This document shows positions 56,945-64,000 of a DNA stretch of 64,000 bases, piece by piece (the first letter of the stretch is position 1; each line of letters starts with the position of its first letter). The notes under the pieces are model-generated. The model worked only from the letters and a program-made list of their open reading frames with translations, searched no databases and was not told where the DNA came from. The stretch spans positions 12,400 through 76,399 of the forward strand of contig CAZQFL010000001.1 of the NCBI GenBank assembly GCA_964592745.1. The letters are read 5' to 3'. Origin of the DNA: an uncultured Desulfurococcaceae archaeon. Its GTDB lineage: Archaea; Thermoproteota; Thermoprotei_A; Sulfolobales; NBVN01. Both the position numbers and the translations under genes were made by a program.

Positions 56945-57234
56945 CTAGGCCAGAAATATGGTGTGTAATACCATGGCATCGTCCAGTACGGGTAGTACAG
57001 CATGTAGGGGTACTGCATGTACGGTATCATGTAGTAGCTATACCATGGATAATACCATCTCAGGCCCCAAGGCCACCCGAAAAGCCACCAGCACGCACCT
57101 CTACCAAACATCCATCCAGGCCTCATCCATGGTGGTAAATGACTGAATGGTCCTCTACCAGGCCATGGACCCCACCATCCACCTCTACGTCCACCTCTCC
57201 AACCCCAACCAAAACCTCCAGACCACCAAGCCAT
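56941..57234 (-). CDS. Trp/Gly/Arg/Tyr/Pro-rich small protein
   Basis: 97 aa with 18 Trp, 14 Tyr, 16 Gly, 14 Pro, 8 Arg and no Asp, Glu or Lys (hand count). Preceded by GAAGGGTGA and AT-rich TATA-like boxes. Confidence 0.55.
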   Translation of the reverse strand: MAWWSGGFGWGWRGGRRGGWWGPWPGRGPFSHLPPWMRPGWMFGRGACWWLFGWPWGLRWYYPWYSYYMIPYMQYPYMLYYPYWTMPWYYTPYFWPR

Positions 57235-57316
57235 AGATTCACCCTTCTGTGCTACTGCACAAAAATTAATAAATCTTAATTAAAATTCCTTATTATTGTG
57301 CCAAGAGTTCTAACTT

Positions 57317-57371
57317 TAGGTGATGAACCCCCATCAGCCGATACGTGATGAGACAGGCTGAGCGCTGATTT
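57317..57371 (+). ncRNA. C/D box sRNA candidate
   Basis: C GTGATGA (57320-57326), 11-nt guide ACCCCCATCAG, D' CCGA (57338-57341), loop tac, C' GTGATGA (57345-57351), 13-nt guide GACAGGCTGAGCG, D CTGA (57365-57368). Intergenic. Confidence 0.6.
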
Positions 57372-57419
57372 AACATTACTAAGTAACTCCTTTATACTTG
57401 CTTCTCAAAATTATTTAAG

Positions 57420-58658
57420 GTGTTGAGCCTCATGGAGGTAAACATGAGTGTGGATGTTATTGTCGGTATGATGCTTACAGCTATAGCCATAGCCTTAGTG
57501 TTTGGGAAACTACTTGAGGAAATCATGGCAAGACTTGGAATACCGCCAGTACTTGGCGACTTAATCGCAGGCCTCATAGTTGGTTCTTCATTTCTTTCTA
57601 TATACCCATTAACAGAGTCTGTTGAAGCTCTCTCATGGTTTGGAATATTAATGCTACTGCTATATGCAGGGTTGGAGACCAGGTATCGAGAATTTATGAG
57701 GTTAGCCCCAATAGCAGGCTTAATAACTATAGGTGAAGCGCTAGCAGCATTTGCAATGGGATATATCACGGGGATAATATTTGGTTACACACCACTTCAA
57801 TGCTTCTTCTTAGGAGCAATACTTGAAGCAACAAGTATAAGCGTCAGCGTTAGGACCCTCATCGAAATAGATAAATTAACAACTATTGAGGGTAGGAGTA
57901 TATTAGGAATAGCGGTGTTTGATGATATAACTGCATTGATCACCATAGTTGCTGGTACATCATTAATAACCATAGGTAAGCTTGAAGCAATATCAGTGTT
58001 AAAAACAGCTGGTATAGCGTTTAGCTACTGGCTTGCTCTAGTATTAATAATTCATAGATTTTCAAACTACTTTGTAAAGTTAGCATTAAGGCTTAAGACT
58101 AGTGAGGCGTTACTTGCATCTATAATAGCGGTATTCTCCGTAGCTGGAGTAGCTGCATTCTATATAGGTCTATCACCGTTAATTGCCGCATATGCTGTAG
58201 GATTAGCACTATCTGAGGCTAGAGGTATATCTAGAGCTATAGATAAGGTTCGAGCACTTGCGATGATATTCTCAACATTATTCTTCATGACTACAGCAGC
58301 ACAGCTAAATTTACGGGAAGCATTAAGACCTGAGCTAGTACTTTTCTACATAACGTTCGTAATAGCTGCATTCGCAGGTAAACTCTTAGGTGGTGGCTTA
58401 ACATCATTCATACTAGGGTATCCTCTAAGATCCTCATTAAGAATAGCGGTAGGTCTCTTCCCTAGAGCGGAATTCGCTGTAGTTGCTGCTTATATAGCAA
58501 CTAGATATCACTTACTAGGTCCTGAAGCCTATTTAGGCGCTATAATGATAGTCCTCATAACCAACATAATCACACCACCACTACTTAAAGCAGTATTTAA
58601 AGGACCTGAAACTAGAACAGTAAAGCTTAGAGTTTACCTAGGTAGGAGATATCTATAG
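57420..58658 (+). CDS. monovalent cation:proton antiporter (CPA family)
   Basis: 412 aa polytopic protein. GIPPVLGDLIAGLIVG N-terminal motif typical of Kef/NapA-type antiporters. Confidence 0.85.
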   Translation: MLSLMEVNMSVDVIVGMMLTAIAIALVFGKLLEEIMARLGIPPVLGDLIAGLIVGSSFLSIYPLTESVEALSWFGILMLLLYAGLETRYREFMRLAPIAGLITIGEALAAFAMGYITGIIFGYTPLQCFFLGAILEATSISVSVRTLIEIDKLTTIEGRSILGIAVFDDITALITIVAGTSLITIGKLEAISVLKTAGIAFSYWLALVLIIHRFSNYFVKLALRLKTSEALLASIIAVFSVAGVAAFYIGLSPLIAAYAVGLALSEARGISRAIDKVRALAMIFSTLFFMTTAAQLNLREALRPELVLFYITFVIAAFAGKLLGGGLTSFILGYPLRSSLRIAVGLFPRAEFAVVAAYIATRYHLLGPEAYLGAIMIVLITNIITPPLLKAVFKGPETRTVKLRVYLGRRYL

Positions 58659-58659
58659 G

Positions 58660-59202
58660 GTGAGTACTGTGAAGAGAAGTATTGAGGAGTTCGTTAGCTC
58701 AATTAACAATTTATTGACAATAAAGCTGAACGACTTCATGATCAAATATAAGAATCTGCTACCTAATTATGCTATAATACATTTACACTCTAAACTAGCT
58801 GATGTATTTTCCCAAATAAAAGATGGTAAGGAAGTAATGGTTGTAATTGATAATGAGGGCAATGTTAGAGGTATATTAACACCCATGGATATCCTAGTAA
58901 TGTTAAGAAGTGAGGGTAAAGGCATAATTAGGACACATTTTGGGACAACATACGCCTTAAGGAGCAAGAAGTTACCCCCTAAGTCACTCTTGAAGTTAGA
59001 CGTTGTCAGTGTAATGGATAAGCACCCATTAGTATTAGAAGATGATTTAGACCTCGTCGAGGCCATAGAAAGAATGAGTACCGAAAGAACAAATTATGCA
59101 GTAGTAGTAAACTCTCGAGGTAAGGTATTAGGGGTAATATCGTCAACATCCATAATTAGAGTAATAGCTGAAATGGGTAAGAGTGTCTTTGAAAGCTTAT
59201 AA
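58660..59202 (+). CDS. CBS-domain pair protein
   Basis: Two CBS-like repeats (VMVVIDNEGNVRGILTPMDIL and YAVVVNSRGKVLGVISSTSII). Starts 1 nt after the antiporter stop. Confidence 0.75.
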   Translation: MSTVKRSIEEFVSSINNLLTIKLNDFMIKYKNLLPNYAIIHLHSKLADVFSQIKDGKEVMVVIDNEGNVRGILTPMDILVMLRSEGKGIIRTHFGTTYALRSKKLPPKSLLKLDVVSVMDKHPLVLEDDLDLVEAIERMSTERTNYAVVVNSRGKVLGVISSTSIIRVIAEMGKSVFESL

Positions 59203-59209
59203 TCCTTAA

Positions 59210-60280
59210 CTACTTATTACTTAGGATTGCCTTCCTTAAGTTAAGGTCTAAGTCGTATTTAAGTATAGCTATTATACCCCCTAATGCGTTAATCTTTAAA
59301 TATGAAGGACATTCCTTAGGTACTATCCTAACATATCCACCTTTACTCTCAACATTACCTATCATTTCATCGATTAAGTCTCTAATATCACTACTTAGTA
59401 AGTCTTCACTAATTAGTAGCTTCTTCACAGCGTTAGCCAAAATAGCGGCTTTAACATCCTCAATACCGTAAGCAACTCTCTCAGGTTTACTAGTTAGGTA
59501 CTTCATGAATTCATTCATTACTTCTTCGATCTCTATAGTTGTGACTTCCTTCAGTAACTTTTTGACTATATCTCTTCTAATCAATTCCTCAATACCAGCT
59601 CTACCACCGCTCGATACGGAATCCTTAAACACCCTAATGTTGCCGCCTATTTCTTCCTTAATGAAGTTAGCAACGTAGTCTCTCAATATAGCTGGCGATC
59701 CTACTATAATGACTTCGGGTTCTTCACTTCTTACCACCTCAATTACATACTTAGATATCATCCTTGCAATTCTCTCAATAGAGTCAGGATCCCTACTGTT
59801 TATTCCTGGTAGTACTCTATCTAGGACGTATCTAACACCTTGATTATATAGTATAGCCATAGATAATTCGTCGAAATCTGTAGCGATGAGTAAGGCCTTA
59901 ACCCATCTCTTACTCATACTCTTTAATCTATCAAGTTCTGCTTTACTCCATGAATCCTTAACAATATCTATCTCACTTCCAACGTCGATATTTAAGGTGT
60001 GATGTGAACCCTTTAATCCATAACCGTCAGGTCCCTCAATAATTATGCCATGAACTCTTAACCTACTAGAGAATGGCTGAAAATACACGTTCTTAACTTT
60101 AATAGCTAACGTCATGGGTAACCTTCTCTTACCCTCACCCTCAATCTTAACATCCCTTAAGGTCCTACCTACAACAACATCACCAACCTTAATTATATTC
60201 TTAAGTACCCATAAGTCATCAACAGTCTCAACCCTAACCTTCACAATCCCCTTTCTTAAATCGGTAGCTACGATCTTCAC
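59210..60280 (-). CDS. pelA: Pelota (Dom34) mRNA surveillance factor
   Basis: MKIVATDLRKGIVKVRVETVDDLWVLKNIIKVGDVV N-terminus. 356 aa, eRF1-like domains. Confidence 0.9.
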   Translation of the reverse strand: MKIVATDLRKGIVKVRVETVDDLWVLKNIIKVGDVVVGRTLRDVKIEGEGKRRLPMTLAIKVKNVYFQPFSSRLRVHGIIIEGPDGYGLKGSHHTLNIDVGSEIDIVKDSWSKAELDRLKSMSKRWVKALLIATDFDELSMAILYNQGVRYVLDRVLPGINSRDPDSIERIARMISKYVIEVVRSEEPEVIIVGSPAILRDYVANFIKEEIGGNIRVFKDSVSSGGRAGIEELIRRDIVKKLLKEVTTIEIEEVMNEFMKYLTSKPERVAYGIEDVKAAILANAVKKLLISEDLLSSDIRDLIDEMIGNVESKGGYVRIVPKECPSYLKINALGGIIAILKYDLDLNLRKAILSNK

Positions 60281-60347
60281 GAGACACCCTCCACGCTTTC
60301 TTAACTACTTACTAAGTTACTTAAGCATTGATGAGGCAAGCGACGCA

Positions 60348-60635
60348 TTACTCATCATTAATTCCATATAAAGCTATGGCAGTTAAACAAGCTGTCTCGA
60401 TATTTAAATCACCTACACCATTAAATCTCTCATCATACAATGTCGTAAATGGTTTTATAGAGTTAAGTAGCCTTATATACCTTCTCACATAAGCATCATA
60501 GTTAGGGCCTAAAAGCCTGTAAAGGTATATAGCAAGTGCTAACTTATATGTTTCATACTTATGTAGTGATTCATAAGAAAGATCCTTGAATCCTATGCCA
60601 TCAAATAGCTTCTCTAACTTCCTAACCTCATTCAT
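60348..60635 (-). CDS. hypothetical helical-repeat (TPR-like) protein, possibly 5'-truncated
   Basis: The frame stays open upstream of the ATG (…RVYEDYDKYANLIIYKAILSLRYGNEEEA-M…) up to the GC-rich IS end at about 60730, without a start codon. Confidence 0.45.
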   Translation of the reverse strand: MNEVRKLEKLFDGIGFKDLSYESLHKYETYKLALAIYLYRLLGPNYDAYVRRYIRLLNSIKPFTTLYDERFNGVGDLNIETACLTAIALYGINDE

Positions 60636-60724
60636 AGCTTCCTCTTCATTACCATAGCGTAGACTAAGTATAGCTTTGTATATGATGAGGTTAGCATATT
60701 TATCGTAATCCTCATAAACTCTAC

Positions 60725-60880
60725 TAGTGGTTGCCCGCGCCCGTGAGTTAGGTTATTTTAGCTACTTCGGATATTTGTGATTAGTTCGGGCACGGGCTTT
60801 CCTTCATCGGGTTCGGGGGTTTCATCTCCTTCGAGGGCTTTCGGGGTCTCCACGGAACCATGAGACCCCACATCCCGGGT
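60725..60880 (-). ncRNA. possible TnpB-associated omega/right-end RNA scaffold
   Basis: GC-rich, strongly structured 3' end of tnpB in an AT-rich genome. Stems GGGGTCTC (60843-60850) / GAGACCCC (60862-60869) and GCCCGTG (60739-60745) / CACGGGC (60791-60797). Confidence 0.35.
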
Positions 60881-61984
60881 TAAGAGTTTCAATTCTCTAA
60901 GTGCTAGGTTCCATGAAGCAACAATGTCTCTTGTAATCATATGTCCGTTGGGTAGTCTTACCCATCTATACTTAACGAATACTAGCTTACCACCGATAGG
61001 TGAGGTTTTAGAGGTTCCTCTAGGATTAACATACACTATATGTATTCCTTCGATTAACGCCTTATAGTGTATGTATGACTGTATTCTACGGTAAGTCCAT
61101 AGCGTGAGCTTCCTATTAAGCTTCCTAGAACCATTAGCTCTACTTTTGAGTTTATTCAAGTCTTCGAGAACTATTAATGCATTGTACTCTTTTGCTATTT
61201 CCACTATTCTCTTAGATACATAGTGACATGCATCTATGATTATGTTTCTTGCTCTGCGTCCATGTCTTCTAATAGCTTCTCTTATTCCTTTAACGTACCT
61301 CCACTCCTTAGAGTACTTCTTCTGTATCTTTTCAGCAATTACCTTATGGGCTAGTGCCCTCTTTAAGCCATTAAATGGTATGACACCCGCTGTTACGAGT
61401 TTACCACTCATACTGATTATTGTATAGGTTATGTTGCCGAAGTTAATATCCACGCCCATAACGGTTACTGGTTATTTAAACGCCATTTTCTTCTCGAATG
61501 TGAAGTAGACCAATATTTCGTTATCTCTATAACTCACTAGTATTTCCTTAAGCTTCCATAACCCATTAAAGTATCTATCTAGGTAGCTGTACCATTGTAG
61601 TTTCAACTCTACCCACTCATTGTTGAGAACAGCCATATTCAAGATCCTATTATTCACGTCTAATCTGTGATCCCATTTGTCTAGCCTAGCTGTTAATTTC
61701 CGCAGTACTGGTTTACTACCATTATTCTTCTTTACCGCTTTAACTACTTCCCTAGCTCTACGCTCAATCTTATGGCAGTGATGAGCTCTAAATCCTTGTT
61801 TCCTAAGTATCTTGTAAAACCTATGGTGTAGCTCCTTAAATGAAGGTACATGGTTTAGCCTCCATATTTCATTAACCACGTATTGTGTCCAGTCTCGATA
61901 CGCTCTTAGAAACTCTAATAATCTATGATAGTGAGTAGGGTCGGGGGTAACCGCCTTGACCTTAGCGGTTACTACGACCCTTAT
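60758..61984 (-). pseudogene. tnpB: tnpB (RuvC-like RNA-guided nuclease family) with in-frame TAA and no canonical start
   Basis: The two listed ORFs are in the same frame, separated only by TAA (61474..61472). RuvC motifs GVDINFG, VLEDL, TRDIVASWN. The N-terminal homology continues upstream to an ATA codon (61984..61982). The four zinc-finger Cys are absent (TSKTSPIGG...RLPNGH). Confidence 0.8.
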
Positions 61985-62059
61985 CCCCTAGTCCTCAAAT
62001 ACTATGTATGTGAGACGAATTTATAAGTTTTAGTCTCAAATTAATGAGTTGGTGGGAGA

Positions 62060-62206
62060 ATGAGCTATGTTTACAGCTTTGAAGCTAAGATTATGAAGTA
62101 TGGTGGGGGAAGATACATAATATACCCACCTAAGGAGTACCAAGAAAAACTAAAGAAATTTCATGGAAGGGAAGTAAAAGTCATAGTGATAATAGAGCCG
62201 GAGTAA
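62060..62206 (+). CDS. small AbrB/SpoVT-like (antitoxin-like) protein
   Basis: 48-aa ORF not in the track: MSYVYSFEAKIMKYGGGRYIIYPPKEYQEKLKKFHGREVKVIVIIEPE. GGTGGG precedes the ATG. The pattern resembles swapped-hairpin DNA binders. Confidence 0.35.
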   Translation: MSYVYSFEAKIMKYGGGRYIIYPPKEYQEKLKKFHGREVKVIVIIEPE

Positions 62207-62225
62207 TGCTAAGTACCTCAAGTAG

Positions 62226-62663
62226 TCAAAGAAACCGAAATCCCTTTACCCATTGAATAGTCCTGAATAGACCCCTGATAACTATCTTAACTCCATTAAC
62301 ATAGGCAAGACCCACATTAACATGCTTCACAACAGTTATTGGCAATGAAAACGGCTTACTAAGCAGTACTTGGTAATAGTCGTAGAAATCAGTCATGAAT
62401 TTACTCAGGAATCTCCTAACATCATTAGCTAATCTGTCATAACCGCATAGATACTTTAATACATGCATACATAACCAATTCGTTGATACGTAACAAGTAT
62501 TAGGTTCAGTTATTGGGCTTTCTCTCAAGCATCTTGAATAAGCATTAAATCTTATGAACTGTCTTGACAGGAATTTACAGATACTCTGCAGACTTAATGA
62601 TGTATTCATGACTAAAGTTCTACGAGTTAGCTCATACTTAGATGTGTGAGTAATTACGAACAT
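62226..62663 (-). CDS. hypothetical protein
   Basis: 145-aa ORF with no motif recognised. Confidence 0.4.
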   Translation of the reverse strand: MFVITHTSKYELTRRTLVMNTSLSLQSICKFLSRQFIRFNAYSRCLRESPITEPNTCYVSTNWLCMHVLKYLCGYDRLANDVRRFLSKFMTDFYDYYQVLLSKPFSLPITVVKHVNVGLAYVNGVKIVIRGLFRTIQWVKGFRFL

Positions 62664-62793
62664 GTAGGTGGTGCTTATATATGCCGTACTTATCAGTAAG
62701 AAAAAATAATAGAGCCATTAACGATTTAACATTATTCATGACTCGTTACCATTAGTTGTTTACGTTTACTACGTTAAAGAGTAAATAATTTGC

Positions 62794-63813
62794 CTAGGTT
62801 AAATTTGCCTTTATAACTCTTAATGCATTTTCGTATGCTATCTTTCTTAAGTCATTGTCTGATAAGCCCTTATCCTTTAATTTCTGTAGCAATGTTTGTA
62901 TATTATCTATTGACTCGAGACCCTCAGGTGCTGGGAGGCCTAGTAGGCCCATGAAGTCCGTACCTATAGCTAGTATATCTGCCCCGTAGGTCTCGTGTAC
63001 GTATAGGTAATGCTGTATTAGATCGTCTAATGAAGGTTTAGGTTTCTTAGCTATTAGCGGCCCTATTACTGATAGACCTACAACACCACCGTTCTTCTTT
63101 ATCGCCTCAAGTATTTCATCATCAACATTTCTAGGAGTATCTACAAACTTACGTATATTTGTATGGCTTATTATCACGGGTTTTTTAGAGACTTCTATAG
63201 CTTCTAAAGCTGTTTTCTTACTGGCATGTGCTAGATCAATTATTATACTCAACTTATTGGCCATCTTAATTAGCTCCTCACCTAGAGCCGTTAATCCATA
63301 GTCCTTCTTAGCACTACAGCCACATGCATACTTATTCTCATAATTCCAGGTAAGTCCTAGACTTCTAAGTCCTAACCTCCTTAGTAGAACTAAGTCATAT
63401 GGATCATCTATGGGTTCAGCACCTTCCAAGTGTAATAGGAATCCAACCTTACCTTCACTTCTAATTATGTTCTCAACATCACTAGCTGATTCAACTATTA
63501 TTATCTCATCATAAGTCTCAGCAAGCTTGTAGTATATGCTAAAATGCTCATAGATTACTGTTTGAGGTGCTCTATAGCCTATGGCTGGTAACCACTTACC
63601 GTATACCTCCATGAGCTTCCTAGACTCCTCAGGACGAAATGTCTCAACACCAGGGAATATAGCTGCGAAGACTAGCCTAACATTACCCTTAAAGTACTTA
63701 GGTATATCTACGTCACGTCCAGGTATATCATCCTTAAAATCACCTAATGGTTCACCACCACCATGGTATAGAAAGTAAGCTGAGACATCTTCATGTAGGT
63801 CAATAACCGGCAA
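62794..63813 (-). CDS. membrane dipeptidase (M19 family)
   Basis: IDLHEDV start, LHLEGAE and ISHTN motifs. Confidence 0.85.
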   Translation of the reverse strand: MPVIDLHEDVSAYFLYHGGGEPLGDFKDDIPGRDVDIPKYFKGNVRLVFAAIFPGVETFRPEESRKLMEVYGKWLPAIGYRAPQTVIYEHFSIYYKLAETYDEIIIVESASDVENIIRSEGKVGFLLHLEGAEPIDDPYDLVLLRRLGLRSLGLTWNYENKYACGCSAKKDYGLTALGEELIKMANKLSIIIDLAHASKKTALEAIEVSKKPVIISHTNIRKFVDTPRNVDDEILEAIKKNGGVVGLSVIGPLIAKKPKPSLDDLIQHYLYVHETYGADILAIGTDFMGLLGLPAPEGLESIDNIQTLLQKLKDKGLSDNDLRKIAYENALRVIKANLT

Positions 63814-64000
63814 TTTCAGAGTAGATCACCAAGGAATAGTCTCGATTAAAAATTTATCTTTTTCTTAAAGAAGTAGCAATAATAAACTTCATAGTATAGG
63901 TCATTACGTAATAAAGATCACAAATTATGAGTAGTTAAGTTTTACCATAAGGCTTTAGAGTACTAAGGTATTCAGATGACCAATTTATTAATGCTACTCC

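Larger units (their letters stand above)
60725..62040 (-). mobile_element. IS200/IS605-family, tnpB-only (IS1341-like) element. Boundaries are approximate.
   Basis: Contains only a tnpB-like gene. Structured GC-rich sequences lie at both ends (hairpin 61938-61980, stems at 60739-60869). Confidence 0.55.

Noticed and set aside
56650-57146. Plus-strand ORFs (56650..56877, 56878..57138, 56958..57146) opposite the aromatic-rich trio.
   Set aside because: The minus-strand set has an SD-like element, a 4-nt start/stop overlap and a clean coiled-coil tail. The plus-strand products have none of these. Only comparative data can settle this.
57392-57769. 125-aa minus-strand ORF.
   Set aside because: It is antisense to the antiporter gene, which has clear multi-TM character.
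60321-60356. Near-palindrome ATTGATGAG ... CTCATCATT containing C-box-like motifs on both strands.
   Set aside because: There are no D boxes. The right arm is the last codons plus the stop (INDE-TAA) of gene 60348..60635.
1-64000. Search by eye for CRISPR arrays, tRNA, rRNA and other long structured RNAs.
   Set aside because: No regularly spaced repeats were seen. No GC-rich tRNA-like or rRNA-like blocks were seen either. The only GC-rich structured stretches are the IS ends at 60.73-60.87 and 61.94-61.98 kb.

Overview
AT-rich, gene-dense chromosomal segment with about 60 credible genes on both strands. It reads like a hyperthermophilic crenarchaeon (Thermoproteota). Supporting content: archaeal-type gap-pgk, Lrp/AsnC regulators, two tungsten-type aldehyde:ferredoxin oxidoreductases, a KDG-aldolase-like gene, NurA-HerA convergent with Mre11-Rad50, Pelota, CstA, an ArsA/Get3-like ATPase, class III (type IV pilin-like) signal peptides, HEPN/MNT modules, a tnpB-only IS200/IS605-type element, and five to six C/D box sRNAs that the ORF track cannot show. 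I saw no rRNA, tRNA or CRISPR array. The most unusual items are: (1) a minus-strand operon of three tiny Trp/Tyr/Pro/Met-rich proteins at 56.4-57.2 kb, one with 18 Trp in 97 aa, next to the ArsA/Get3-like operon; (2) an orphan pair of pilin-signal proteins at 20.2-23.4 kb, whose 901-aa member changes codon style abruptly mid-gene, flanked on both sides by decaying HEPN/MNT modules; (3) a translationally coupled B12-radical-SAM plus SPASM-radical-SAM pair; (4) two ThiS-like beta-grasp genes, a TtuA-type thiolase and a truncated biotin-ligase-like gene interleaved with two C/D sRNAs; (5) surface-anchored transglutaminase-like and Lon-like ectoenzymes on Thr-rich stalks; (6) four accessory genes each broken by a single in-frame stop codon. 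All functional calls rest on motifs read by eye from the supplied translations. No database search was run.
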